Shown: positions 32,878 through 44,405, numbered from the stretch's first letter. The stretch: 64,000 nucleotides of DNA from an uncultured delta proteobacterium (GCA_963745835.1 CAVUZH010000001.1:101706-165705), one strand, 5' to 3'. Numbers and translations: made by a program. Notes: generated from the letters alone by a model not told the origin.

Positions 32878-34626
32878 ATGCTCAATCAGACCTTTGATCG
32901 TTCTCATCATCCTATTCCACGACATACGAGCGAGCCAACAGCTGCGCTTCCTCGAGGCGCTGCCATAGCACAATCGGTGATATTGCGAAGCGCATGGCCG
33001 CTGGTTCTTCTGCTTGCGCTAGGTCTGTCGTCTTTGGCGTTTTTCTCGGCGCCAAACATTATCGGCCTTTTCCATGATGATGGAATTTATGCGGTGGTCG
33101 CAAAGGCGCTCAGCGAGGGCAATGGATATCGAATTATTAGTTTGCCAGGTGAACCATACCAGACGAAGTACCCGTTTTTATATTCGTATCTACTTTCGTG
33201 GGCGTGGAGTCTCAATCCTCAGTTTCCCGACAACATTTCGCTGCTGAATTTTGTCACAGTCTTTTCCTATTTCGCGTCTCTCCTGCTGGCCTATGTCTTT
33301 TATGTACAGAATACCGAGGGAGGAAAGGCGGATGCCCTTCTCTATGTTTTTTTGGTCGGGGCGAATGCGTTTGTTTTTTCTTGGACCAGTTATCCGTTGA
33401 GCGACATTCCGTTCATGGCGGTCGCGCTTTTCTGTCTTGACCTTGTCGCAATCCAGCGAACAGCTTTTCAACTCGGACAAAATCGATTGTGCTTCTGGCG
33501 GCCGGCGGCGGCAGCGCTTTTTTATTTCGTAGTGCCGGGGCGGCACTGATCCTCGCCGGTCTGATTTATTTGCTTCTCGCCAGGCAACGAAAAGAGTTTT
33601 ACCTTTATATTGCCGTTGTCGGTTGCCTGATACTCCCCTGGGTCTTGTGGCAGGCCATGCACGGCTCAGCGGCCGTCGAGAACCCGCTTCTTGCTTATTA
33701 TCAATCGTACGAAAGTCCGGCTTTTTTTCTGGCGGGCTCCGATCCCGCGTGTCGCGGTTCAGATTATCGGGGCCAATCTCCTGTATTCGGCTCTGACCGT
33801 GGATTCTATGATGCTTCCTTCATATCCTTCCTGAGTTAAGAGTCGTGATATATCCTCTGATGATCTTGGGGACTCTGGTCGATCATGCGGCGGCAAAACG
33901 TCTTTTTTAACGGCTTCATCTTGTTCTACACGGTGTTGATCCTGTCATGGCCGTGGCATCCGGCCCGCTATCTGATGCCGCTGTTCCCCGTTTTGCTTCT
34001 TTCGTTGTTCCAAGGAGTGCAAGCCGCTACTGCCATCATCCGGCCACATGCCACGAAGGCTTGGTCTGCCGCAATAGTCCCATTTGCAATTCGCATCCCG
34101 ATCGGAATCGTTGTGGTTTTAATAGCGGTATGGCTCTGGAGCTATACGCAACTCAATCGCAGAATCATCTCGCCCTGTGGGCCGGCTTTCGAGCCTCATA
34201 CGGATGGAGCGGGTTCGGCGAGACCTTTTCCTGGATCAAACAGAACACGCGAAGCGACGACGTTCTCGCGACACCGTACGATCCAATGTACTACCTCTAC
34301 ACTGGAAGAAAGGCTGTAAGACCGTGGATCCACCGTCCGGAAACCTATTTTTACCCCTACGGTAATGCCACGCCCGATCTCGGATCCATTGAGGATATCA
34401 GGGAAAGCCTGAACAAGCTTGGCGTGCGGTTTCTCGTTGTCAATCCGCTGGAAGGATACAGCGAAAGGATCGCCGCCGCCGAGTTGTTCGCGAACCTATT
34501 GCGGTCGTACCGATGTCAGAGCCCGAGCTTGTTTTCGAAAGCAGCGACGGTTTGCACAAAATCTATGCCTTGCCGCCACTGCCGGCAAACAGCCGGACAG
34601 CTCCCTCGACAACAGCTGTTTCTTAA
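32878..34626 (+). CDS. GT-C fold membrane glycosyltransferase-like protein; several apparent frameshifts
   Basis: HDDGIY loop, KYPFLY, SDIPF and RYLMP motifs plus many TM segments over ORFs 32878, 33489, 33885 and 33947. Confidence 0.65.
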
Positions 34627-34798
34627 GAGCGACACATCTTTCCGGGCTTATCGAAATCGAGTGACGGATTTTGCGGTGCGACTGCTTGATCTACCCCGGC
34701 GCCGCCAATTACCTTACCCGGCAATAACTGGGCTCTATGGCACAAAGAAAGTGTTGGGATTGTAAGATCAAGAAATCTGAGGCATGGGGTAAATAGCT

Positions 34799-36457
34799 TC
34801 AATGCGGGCACGTTCTCTGATGGTTGGGCTGTGCTAAGCTTTGACTTTGACCGCGTTTATCAGTGTTAAGATCGTTAACTTCCCAATCGAGTCTGTAGAT
34901 CTCTACTATTCCAAGACCTTTCGTCTCAAGCCTGTCTTCAAGTTTTCCACAAAGTTCTAGTATCTCATAAAATTCAGTTGCAGGGAGTCGCCGCTCCCAC
35001 GCATATCGCTCAAAGCCGGATTTGGGTACCTCCTTTCGGTCAGGCAAAATAAATTGCCGTAAGTGATCGTCAACCACCAAAATGTCTGGTCCTAAATCGC
35101 GCATAGCATCCGCTAGTGTGCTTTGCGATTCGTATAATCGATACGCAAGAATATTCTGCCATGAAATATACCGATAACGGTGCAAGTAGAACCAATAAGT
35201 CTGCGCTCCCATGATCGAACCCTCTGCAGGAATCAATCGTTCTATAGTGGTCGCAACCAGTTCAGGTTCATTGAGCGAGGGAGCTCTGAATGTGGATAGC
35301 AACGTGCTAAAACTAAAAAGAAGGCTCGCAACGACTAGCACAGCAAAGATGGCGCTTACGATTCTCTCGCTGTGGACGAACACATTCTTTCGTCGCCTGA
35401 AGTAATCAAACCATTGAGCCAAAATAATATCAAAAAGCGGTGAGATTAGAATAACGTAGTAGTACATTTTGCTTTTGATCATCAGAGTAAAAGCCGCAAC
35501 TCCAGTGATAAGCATCATAAGAGGCGTCCTGGTTACGTTTCTTTTCCAAAGAATGACCGCTGCCACCAAGACCAGTACAATGCGGCCTTGGGTGAAGAAA
35601 AACAACATCACTCCCATTTCCGAAATGGATCGAAGTAAGAATAAGGGGTCTGCTGATAAAAGTGGTGGAGAATGTGTTCCAGCCAGAGCTCGGCCAATAC
35701 CGAAGTAAGCTTCGGGATAATGCAACACGTGTAACCACAGATACCCAATAAGCATAAATATGGTTCCCGCGATGAATCCCCAGAAGACCGGGCGCTGATA
35801 GAAACGCCATCCCCAAGTCACAAGGAATTGTGCGAGCAATATCGGTCCATAAAGTACTGCGTTCACATGAACTTCGAAAGCTGCTCCTAAAAGAAGGCCT
35901 GACAGTGTACCCAGTAGAATTGAACCGGTGCGATTTGCAAAGAGCAGTGTACCAATTGCAGTATAGGCTAAAGCAGCCACAATGATGTCATAACGTACGA
36001 GATGTGCAGAAACGAGAAATGGGTATGATGTAGTTAGTAATAGAACTGATATAAACGCGGAATGAACGTACATACCTAAATTTCGGCTGATAAAAAAGAC
36101 CGACGCTGCGAGTGCGGCACCGCAGATGAATGACGAAAGACGAAGTAGTCCCAGATCAAGGCCGAAAATGTATATAAAAAATCCATGAAATGTAGTTGGA
36201 ATTAGAGGATGAAATGTCCAGTAACCATCAAACCGCTTCTCAAATACTCCAGAATCCAGCTCGCCGTAATTGAGGCCAGTTTCCAGCCATGACCATCCTC
36301 GGCTAATCAGAAATGCCTCGTCGACAAATACCGGGGGAAAATCTTTCAGTGAAAATGCGTGCAGAGTGAATAAGAGAAAAGTAAGTAACAACAGCGACAA
36401 AGTTGGCAGCCTCAGCCCGCAAAACCGGCCGAACACTGCATCCAAAAGGACATTCAT
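34799..36457 (-). CDS. ArnT/PMT-like (GT-C) membrane glycosyltransferase
   Basis: VDEA after the first TM, HPLI, LRLSS and VRYD motifs; polytopic; AT-rich. Confidence 0.8.
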   Translation of the reverse strand: MNVLLDAVFGRFCGLRLPTLSLLLLTFLLFTLHAFSLKDFPPVFVDEAFLISRGWSWLETGLNYGELDSGVFEKRFDGYWTFHPLIPTTFHGFFIYIFGLDLGLLRLSSFICGAALAASVFFISRNLGMYVHSAFISVLLLTTSYPFLVSAHLVRYDIIVAALAYTAIGTLLFANRTGSILLGTLSGLLLGAAFEVHVNAVLYGPILLAQFLVTWGWRFYQRPVFWGFIAGTIFMLIGYLWLHVLHYPEAYFGIGRALAGTHSPPLLSADPLFLLRSISEMGVMLFFFTQGRIVLVLVAAVILWKRNVTRTPLMMLITGVAAFTLMIKSKMYYYVILISPLFDIILAQWFDYFRRRKNVFVHSERIVSAIFAVLVVASLLFSFSTLLSTFRAPSLNEPELVATTIERLIPAEGSIMGAQTYWFYLHRYRYISWQNILAYRLYESQSTLADAMRDLGPDILVVDDHLRQFILPDRKEVPKSGFERYAWERRLPATEFYEILELCGKLEDRLETKGLGIVEIYRLDWEVNDLNTDKRGQSQSLAQPNHQRTCPH

Positions 36458-36606
36458 GGTTCAGACTTTCGACAATTTCACACTAAGCTCAGTCGCAAGT
36501 GGTACGTCTCATAGATTACCGTTAGGGTAATCGTAAATGGTTCCGATAAGGATACACGTCAGAGGCTCGCCCCGGCAATGAAAACAGTCGGGTTTTATAG
36601 AAGTGC

Positions 36607-36615
36607 TGCTATAAT
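36607..36615 (+). promoter_or_regulatory. Extended -10 sigma70 promoter element
   Basis: TGcTATAAT, perfect consensus, 41 nt upstream of the GT2 start. Confidence 0.6.
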
Positions 36616-36656
36616 AACTAACGCTGTGCCGGGTTATTGCTGCCCCGCTTGTAAGT

Positions 36657-37625
36657 ATGAGCAAACTAATCATTCAGATACCATGTCATAACGAAGAGGA
36701 GCTTCTGGCCGTGACATTACAAGCGCTCCCCCGCTCATTGCCTAACTTCGAGATGGTAGAGTGGCTTGTCATTGATGATGGTAGTACTGACGACACGATT
36801 GAAGTAGCAAGAGCAAACGGGGTCGACCATATTGTCGCTTTACCCTGCCATCAAGGGCTGGCCAAAGCGTTTATGGTGGGATTGGAGGCTTGCCTAAAGG
36901 CTGGAGCCGATATCATTGTAAACACAGACGCGGACAACCAATACTGCGCAGATGATATTCCAAGCCTGATCCAACCCATCATTGAAAAACGGGCCGAAAT
37001 CGTGGTGGGAGCACGTCCTATTAGCGACATAAGACATTTTTCGGGGACAAAAAAGATCCTACAAAAACTAGGCAGTGCTGTGGTGCGGCTTGCTAGCAGC
37101 ACAAATGTGCCTGACGCTCCGAGTGGGTTTCGCGCGTTCACTCGCAATGCCGCCATGCGTGTCCATGTATTTAGCGAGTACAGCTACACCTTAGAGACAA
37201 TAATCCAGGCAGGCCAAAAGGGTATGGCCATCACCTCTGTGGGTGTCAGGACCAACCCATTTTCCCGGCCATCCCGTTTGTTCAACAGCATTCCGTCGTA
37301 TCTGAACAGGCAAGTGACGACCATTGTCCGGATATTCATGACTTACCGGCCGTTCCGTTTCTTCGCCGGTCCGGGAATCTTTGTGTTCATTGCAGGTTTC
37401 GCGATCGGCCTACGTTTCCTATATTTCTATCTAACGGTTGGCGGCGAAGGCAAAGTGCAGTCTTTGATTCTCGCTGCACTACTGATGGGATCCGGTTTTT
37501 TCCTAGTCATTGTTGGCTTAGTGACGGACCTTATCGCTGTCAACCGCAAGTTATTGGAACGACTGGACTGGAAGGTTCAGCAGATCGAGGACAAATTGGA
37601 AAACAAGAAGCACATTGGCGCCTAG
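36657..37625 (+). CDS. GT2 polyprenol-phosphate glycosyltransferase-like protein with two C-terminal TM helices
   Basis: IPCHNEE, IDDGSTD, TDADNQY and DAPSGFRA. Confidence 0.9.
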   Translation: MSKLIIQIPCHNEEELLAVTLQALPRSLPNFEMVEWLVIDDGSTDDTIEVARANGVDHIVALPCHQGLAKAFMVGLEACLKAGADIIVNTDADNQYCADDIPSLIQPIIEKRAEIVVGARPISDIRHFSGTKKILQKLGSAVVRLASSTNVPDAPSGFRAFTRNAAMRVHVFSEYSYTLETIIQAGQKGMAITSVGVRTNPFSRPSRLFNSIPSYLNRQVTTIVRIFMTYRPFRFFAGPGIFVFIAGFAIGLRFLYFYLTVGGEGKVQSLILAALLMGSGFFLVIVGLVTDLIAVNRKLLERLDWKVQQIEDKLENKKHIGA

Positions 37626-37646
37626 AACGAATTTGGCGAATGCCGG

Positions 37647-38570
37647 TCAATAAGTAATCGGCGTTTCCTCTTGCCGGGCAACTTTGCTGTACAGCAGGAA
37701 TCCGGCGCTCAGGAAAACTTCCACACCGAACATCAACAGGCGGCTCAGGGCGACAAAGAGGATTACATCGGCTTGGTCCATCCAGCTATTGACGAAGAAA
37801 TAGAGAACCGCCTCCCGAACTCCTAAACCCGCCGGCGCGAAAAGGCTGACGAAGCCAAGGGCCCAAGACGCGGATACGGCTACCATCAGCAGCGGGAAAT
37901 GCGATATGCTGTAATAGCCCAGGGCATTCGCCAGACACCAGTGAGCGACTGCGGAGACCAACCAAAGGAGAAGATAGAGGAGACTTAGGTTAACGTAGCG
38001 TGCTAAAGCAGGCAGTGCGATTAGACGAAAGCTGTATATGCTGGGGAGCTTGAGTCGTCTAGTCGTCACGACCGCCAAGATAACTGCAGCAGGAGCGACA
38101 ATCCAATTAGAAAAACGATCGATAACAGCTGGAGCAAAGTACATTGTTCCGGGGATGGCAATTGCGGCGGCAGTTCCCAGAGCAAATATCGCTTCGAGCA
38201 GAAAGGATTTCATTAGAATCAAGACTGGCACGCCTGCTCTCATCGCCAGTTGCGTCCTCACACCGTGAGCCGCCACATTTCCTGGAACGTATTTAGCCAG
38301 CAAGGAAAGAACGTAGGCTCGCGTGGTCATATAAACATCGGGTCGCGAACCCAGGTTCCGCAAAACAGTTTTCCAAATAACAAGGCCCAAGCCGTAATAG
38401 GCTAACGTGAATACTGTGGCGGCAAGTATCCAAGACGTGGACAAGCTTCCCAAACGGTCCGTTACCTGAAGTGATTGCCATCGCGGGATAAAAAAATGCA
38501 GACAAAAATAAATGAGCAAACCTAAAAACGTGACTTTGACGAGAATCGAAAGAATCTGTTTTGAGATCAC
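37647..38570 (-). CDS. Lysylphosphatidylglycerol synthase TM / flippase-like membrane protein
   Basis: KYVPG and APAGLGVRE motifs; polytopic. Confidence 0.8.
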   Translation of the reverse strand: MISKQILSILVKVTFLGLLIYFCLHFFIPRWQSLQVTDRLGSLSTSWILAATVFTLAYYGLGLVIWKTVLRNLGSRPDVYMTTRAYVLSLLAKYVPGNVAAHGVRTQLAMRAGVPVLILMKSFLLEAIFALGTAAAIAIPGTMYFAPAVIDRFSNWIVAPAAVILAVVTTRRLKLPSIYSFRLIALPALARYVNLSLLYLLLWLVSAVAHWCLANALGYYSISHFPLLMVAVSASWALGFVSLFAPAGLGVREAVLYFFVNSWMDQADVILFVALSRLLMFGVEVFLSAGFLLYSKVARQEETPITY

Positions 38571-38795
38571 TTTCTAGTATTCACCCATTATGAGAGCTTT
38601 TTGTCAGGTCAGTGTGCCTACGCACGCCAATAACGCCCGAGGACTATTTGTTTATCTAACCGGGGCCGTGTGTCGATTACACCGATCGAAGAGATCGGTT
38701 ATCCAAAGGTGATGTCGCACCATTACTCAACTCGAATATCCTAGCAAGGTAGCCGTTCTTTGCTCATTTCGTCAACACAATCTTCAGAGGTTCCG

Positions 38796-39806
38796 ATGCA
38801 AAAAGGAAAAATTCTTGTCACTGGCGGCGCGGGCTTTATCGGAGCCCACGTCAGTCAAGAACTACTTAACTTAGGATATGAAGTCGTTGTGTTGGATGAT
38901 CTAAGCGGCGGATTCAAAGACAACGTGCCTGAACGCGCTCTGTTTATCGAAGGCAGCATTCTAAACGTGCAACTTTTACAGTCTCTTTTTCGGATCCATG
39001 GTTTCAATTATGTATTTCATCTTGCGGCTTATGCCGCCGAAGGTCTTAGCCATTTTATCAAACGATTCAATTACGAGAACAACGTTATCGGCTCAATTAA
39101 TCTCATAAACGAGAGTATTAAGTGCGATGTGAAGTGTTTTGTTTTCACTTCATCGATTGCTGTCTATGGAACCAATCAATTGCCGATGCGAGAGGATCTT
39201 GTCCCAAATCCTGAAGACTCATATGGAATCGCTAAGCTAGCCGTTGAAAAGGAACTCGAAATTACGAAGCAGATGTTTGGGCTAGATTATATAATCTTCC
39301 GCCCGCACAATGTTTACGGGGAAAAACAAAACCTTGGCGACAAATATCGCAATGTTATCGGGATTTTTATGAATCAAATCATGCAGCGGGAACCGGTGAC
39401 GATTTTCGGAGATGGGAATCAAACGCGTGCTTTTAGTTACATCGGTGATGTCGCACCGCGAATTGCGGCTTCGATCGCAAACAGGGTCTCTTACAACCAA
39501 ATATTCAATATTGGCGCAGATCATTTTTATTCCATCAATCAGGTTGTTGATGTCGTTGCGAGGGCCATGGCTGAGACGCCAAGTAAAATTCACTTGGCTC
39601 CAAGAAACGAGGTCATCCACGCCTACGCCGATCACTCAAAGGTCGAGAAGGCGTTTCCGCTAAAGGAGCCCACATCGCTCGAAGCCGGAATCCAGAGGAT
39701 GGCTAAGTGGGCAAGAATGGTTGGTAGTCGGAAAAGCAAAGATTTCGAGCATATCGAAATTAGAAAGAACTTGCCCCAGAGCTGGTCGGATGAAAGTGCG
39801 AAATAG
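38796..39806 (+). CDS. NAD-dependent nucleotide-sugar epimerase/dehydratase
   Basis: TGGAGFIG, HLAAYAAE, TSS and YGIAK. Confidence 0.92.
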   Translation: MQKGKILVTGGAGFIGAHVSQELLNLGYEVVVLDDLSGGFKDNVPERALFIEGSILNVQLLQSLFRIHGFNYVFHLAAYAAEGLSHFIKRFNYENNVIGSINLINESIKCDVKCFVFTSSIAVYGTNQLPMREDLVPNPEDSYGIAKLAVEKELEITKQMFGLDYIIFRPHNVYGEKQNLGDKYRNVIGIFMNQIMQREPVTIFGDGNQTRAFSYIGDVAPRIAASIANRVSYNQIFNIGADHFYSINQVVDVVARAMAETPSKIHLAPRNEVIHAYADHSKVEKAFPLKEPTSLEAGIQRMAKWARMVGSRKSKDFEHIEIRKNLPQSWSDESAK

Positions 39807-40857
39807 CACAATCGCAATATGCTTTTTGCCGGGCCGAGAGTCGTCCTACGCTCGGTCCCGCGTTTTGCTGACCGGGCTGCGAGCGGCGGGTTTAGTCGTT
39901 CATGACTGCTCATCTTCAAATAAGAGTGGCCTGCGGTACTTTATTGGCGTCGTCCGATTTCTAAAATCGAAGCGCGAGTGTGATATTATCCTCGTTGGCT
40001 TTTTTGGACAGTTTTTAGTCCCGATCGTTCGTTTATTCACCAAAAAGAAAATTGTTTTTGACACTTTTCTTTCTGCGTATCAGACATTAGCTTTTGACCG
40101 CAAGGTGATTAATCCCAAAGGCGTCGCTGCTTCAATCATCCGATTTGTTGAAAGGCTGTCCTGTGAAATAGCTGACTCGTGTTTATTGGACACGCAACAA
40201 CACATAGACTACTTCGTAAAAGAGTACCATCTAGATCGCAGTAAGTTTCACCGATCATTCCTGGGAGCCGGGGGCGCTGAAGCCCCACCCGCGCCAGTTC
40301 CGAGAACGACTGAACCTATCGTTCACTTTCATGGCGAATTCCAAGCGTTGCATGGAGTGAAATTCATCATTGAAGCGGCGAAGCAGTTGTCAGAAATTAA
40401 ATTTCGAATGATTGGATCCGGTCGCGAACTGGATTCGTGCATCCTTTACTGCAGGACACTGAAGGTAGAAAACATTGAGTTCATCCCGATGGTCCCGTTT
40501 GAAACGGTAAGGAGATATATCGAAGAGGCAACAATCTGTCTCGGTATTTTTGGCGAGACCGAAAAGGCGCAACTGGTAATTCCAATAAAGGTGTATGAAG
40601 CTCTCGCAATGGGCAAACCTGTCATAACCTCCAATACACCAGCAATAAGGGAATTGTTAACGCACAGAGAAGATGTTTTTCTGTGTGGTCCAGGTGATTC
40701 TGATGATCTGGCTCGAGCGATTCAAACGTTATTGACTGATGCGGATCTACGAAACAAGATAGCGGCTAATGGCTACCGAACATTCCTGGAACGATGTAGC
40801 CCAAAAACGATCGGCCAAGATATCGCCAAGCTGTGCGAAGAGATGCTCAGACGCTAA
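39790..40857 (+). CDS. Glycosyltransferase family 4
   Basis: GT-B motifs FHGEF..LHG and PIKVYEALAMGKPVIT. Confidence 0.88.
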   Translation: MKVRNSTIAICFLPGRESSYARSRVLLTGLRAAGLVVHDCSSSNKSGLRYFIGVVRFLKSKRECDIILVGFFGQFLVPIVRLFTKKKIVFDTFLSAYQTLAFDRKVINPKGVAASIIRFVERLSCEIADSCLLDTQQHIDYFVKEYHLDRSKFHRSFLGAGGAEAPPAPVPRTTEPIVHFHGEFQALHGVKFIIEAAKQLSEIKFRMIGSGRELDSCILYCRTLKVENIEFIPMVPFETVRRYIEEATICLGIFGETEKAQLVIPIKVYEALAMGKPVITSNTPAIRELLTHREDVFLCGPGDSDDLARAIQTLLTDADLRNKIAANGYRTFLERCSPKTIGQDIAKLCEEMLRR

Positions 40858-40863
40858 AATCGT

Positions 40864-41595
40864 ATGTATGTGAATGCCCCACGTTACTTGCTTCGTAAGC
40901 GCTTGGTACTAGAGCTTCTCAAGCACATGGACAAGGGGAGGTGTCTGGAGATCGGATGCGGGGCGGGAGACCTCTGCGCTACGTTATCCAACAAGGGATA
41001 CCGAATGAAAGGCATCGATTCTTCGGAAGAGGCGATTCAATTGTGCAGGGAGTTTCACAAAGATATTTGCCAAACGGGAGCGATTACTTTCGCCTGCGAG
41101 TCCCTTTACGAGGTAAGTGATACGTTCGATATTATTCTTATGTTCGAGGTGCTGGAGCATATTGAAAATGATCGCGCAGCGTTGTCGAGAGTGCACGAGC
41201 TTTTGATGCCCTCAGGTCATATCTTGTTATCGGTGCCGGCACATGAAAGTTCGTTCGGGCCCTCTGATATCTTTGCCGGGCACCATCGTCGTTACGATCG
41301 CTCAAAACTCTTAGGTCTATTAAAGGAGTCGCGATTCGAAGTCCAAACGATTTGGTCTTATGGTGTTCCGTTAGCTAACGTGACTGAAAAAGTTCGTAAC
41401 GTCGTTCATGCAAACGCAGCCGTCCAAAGTAAAGAATCTGCCACGGCGCAAAGTGGCATAGATCGGAGCATAGAAGCGAGATTGAGCTTCTTCTGCAATG
41501 ACTTTTTTATTTACCCGTTTTATTGGATGCAGAATTGGTTTCTCGAATCCGATCTAGGATCGGGCTATCTTGTTAAAGCCAGAAGGATTGACTAG
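40864..41595 (+). CDS. Class I SAM-dependent methyltransferase
   Basis: LEIGCGAG, FEVLEHI and GHHRRY. Confidence 0.9.
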   Translation: MYVNAPRYLLRKRLVLELLKHMDKGRCLEIGCGAGDLCATLSNKGYRMKGIDSSEEAIQLCREFHKDICQTGAITFACESLYEVSDTFDIILMFEVLEHIENDRAALSRVHELLMPSGHILLSVPAHESSFGPSDIFAGHHRRYDRSKLLGLLKESRFEVQTIWSYGVPLANVTEKVRNVVHANAAVQSKESATAQSGIDRSIEARLSFFCNDFFIYPFYWMQNWFLESDLGSGYLVKARRID

Positions 41596-41657
41596 ACACC
41601 CCGCTCTTCTTACCATCGGTGAGTTTCCTTGTGTTTCCTTCCACATTTCTACATAGC

Positions 41658-44300
41658 TCATCTTGTATCATTGACGGTCAGATTAGTGCTGCCGATTAGA
41701 GTCCATTGAGGAGATCCTGTATTGGTAAATTGGTTATACACCTTTACGGTGATGGTCCCTGCGCTCAACCCCGGCAGGCGGTCCGGAGAGGCTCGTTGCA
41801 TTGGTGGGCAAGGGAACGGTGATCGAGGTGCCGTTGGAATTCATCGAAGTAGCCCGTGCCTGGGCGATGAACGTCGTCCCAGCATAGAAGTTGGCCGCCG
41901 GCAAACCGTAGCCCAAGATTGGCAAAGCCGCCGCCGGTAATCGTGAAGCTCGACGGCGGGGACGCTAGATCGATGGGATTGGGAGTGATGGAACTGACTC
42001 CGGGGGGCGGCCGTGTATCGTTAACAGTAAGGGTGGTGCTGCCGATTAGGGTCCACTGGGGAGAGCCGGTGTTTGCGTGCTGGTTATAAACCTTTACAGT
42101 GATGGTCCCTGCCTTTAAACCGGGAACGGTCCGGAGAAACTGGTTGCATTGGTGGGAGAGGGAACGGTGATCGAGGTGCCATTGGAATTCATCGAAGTAG
42201 CCCGGGCCTGGGCGATGAACGTCGTCCCAGCATAGAAGTTGGCCGCCGGCAAACCGTAGCCCAAGTTGGCAAAGCCGCCGCCGGTAATGGTGAAGCTTGA
42301 CGGGGGTGATGCCAGATCGATGGGAGTGGGAGTGATGGCGCTTACTCCTGGGGGCGGCCGTGTATCGTTGATAGTGAGCGTAGTGCTGCCGAGCAGGGTC
42401 CACTGGGGAGATCCCGTGTTGGTGTGCTGGTTATAGACCTTTACAGTGATGGTCCCTGCCTTTAAACCGGGCAGCGGTCCAGAGAAACTGGTTGCGTTGG
42501 TGGGATAGGGAACGGTGATCGAGGTGCCATTCGAGTTCATCGAAATAGCTCGGGCCTGGGCGATGAACGTCGTCCCAGCATAGAAGTTGGCCGCCGGCAA
42601 ACCGTAGCCCAAGTTGGCAAAGCCGCCGCCGGTAATAGTGAAGCTTGCCGGGGGTGACGCTAGATCGCTAACGTTGGGAGTGATGGAGTCGACTTCAGCG
42701 ATCGTTACTATAACGGTATCGCCGTCCGGAAATGTTAGGACAAAGGTGCCGTGAGACGAGGGAGTCCATTGAGCTGAATACATTCCATCATTCGCTATTT
42801 GATCGTTGTCGACGCCATCGTCGGTCAGAGTTACTGTTTCACTTCCTGAATTTATATCGACGATGACATCGCCGTTGGGATTGGCGCAGTTAATGTGCAA
42901 TGCAGACAAATCAATGGGAGTTCCGACTGACCATTGATCGTGTTAGCGATGGGCCTGAGCCGTGTGAGAACTGTCGAGTCCGAACATGTCAGCGCGCCGG
43001 CGGCATTGAGCCGCTTATGCGTAACGGTATTCTCCATCGAACTGACGCTATCGCCGCCGGCCAGGATCAAGTTTTTAATTGCGATCCAGTCGAAGCTCGG
43101 GTCGGCCGCTTTGAGTAGTGCCGCGACGCCGGTAACATGAGGAGTCGCCATTGACGTGCCGCTCGATGTTCCGTAGTTGCCATTGCGCACCGTGCTCAAA
43201 ATCTCGCTACCAGGGGCACCGATGTGAACGTTGCGGCGCCCATAGTTTGAAAACACCGCCTGCCCGTCGGTTCTTGTTGTTGCAGCGACGCAGATAACAT
43301 TGGGCAAGTAAGTATTGCAGGGATAAAAAGGAGTTTGGTCATTGTTCAAGCCCAATCCGAAGAAATTGCCATTGCCCGCAGCGGTAATGAACAGAATCCC
43401 GCTCTGGCCTTGAAGTTCAATGGCATCAATCAGCGCCTGTGAGAAGTCTCCTCCGCCCCAACTATTGTTGGTGGCGACAATGTTCAGGCCGCGATCTTTC
43501 ATGATTCTGACGTACTCCAAGCAATCGATGGCGGCTTCCGTACTTCCAGAACCGCTGGCGTTTACGAATTTGCACGCCATAATCTTTACATTCCAGTTAA
43601 TTCCGACAACGCCGATGCCGTTATTTCCCGCAGCGCCGATTGTCCCTGCCACATGCGAGCCGTGATTGTTATCGTCGATTGGGTTTGAATCGTTATTCTG
43701 GGTATCGATACCATAACAATCATCGATATAGCCGTTCGCGTCATCGTCGATACCATTGTTGTTACAATCGGCCGTGTTGCGGAACATGTTAGGAGAAAGG
43801 TCCGGATGATTATAATCAACTCCGGAATCAATAATTGCTACTATAACATTAGTGTCACCGGTCGCGATGTTCCAGGCGCTGGTTGCATCGATGTCTGCGC
43901 CCGGCGTGCCGCCCGATTGGCCTGTATTGTTAAGACCCCACAATTCGCCAAAGCGAGTCTCATTTGGAACAGCGGTCGTATGTACAATGTAGTTAGGCTC
44001 AGCATACAAAACATCAGGGTTGTTAATCAAAATTTGAGTTGCCTCTTCAACCGTTACGCCGCGGCCAAGTTTAACCACCTCGGCGTTAGGGAGTACTTTG
44101 AAAGCCTTCTTGCGGGCTCCGAATACACGAAAACGCGCAAGGTCTTTTTGACTTTCATCGGCTTCCGGGCGGAACTTGACGATGATTTCATCCGGAACAT
44201 ATCTCTGGTTTTGTGGCGTGGGCTGTGCGGCGACGACGGGGGAAAAGCTTGCAAACAGAAAACCTAGGAACAATGCCAACGATAATGGTAGTTTGATCAT
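41658..44300 (-). CDS. Secreted S8 subtilisin-family protease: prodomain, catalytic domain, DDG..D...DG.YS Ig-like domain and three 116-aa repeats; apparent frameshifts near 42930, 42125, 41918 and 41780
   Basis: Signal peptide with GGAG RBS; triad IIDSG, NHGSHVAG, GTSMATPHV; fragments join to a stop at 41658-41660. Confidence 0.85.
41661..42693 (-). repeat. Three tandem ~348-bp intragenic repeats
   Basis: GGCAAACCGTAGCCCAAG recurs at 41900, 42248 and 42596; long stretches are nucleotide-identical. Confidence 0.95.
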
Positions 44301-44386
44301 GAGCAACTCCTGTGGCTGACCGTTGAATGTTCCACAGCGCGACTAGTATCAAAATAATAGCGAGCGCGTTCGTTCCGGCTCCCATT

Positions 44387-44405
44387 CGCAACATTATATG
44401 TTGCG
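44387..44405. promoter_or_regulatory. Palindromic operator-like site upstream of the subtilase
   Basis: CGCAACAT-TAT-ATGTTGCG perfect 8-bp arms. Confidence 0.45.

Noticed and set aside
41661-42693. Tandem repeats as a CRISPR array or DGR template/variable pair
   Set aside because: 348-bp in-frame coding units with no spacers, no cas or reverse transcriptase gene and no adenine-specific variation evident
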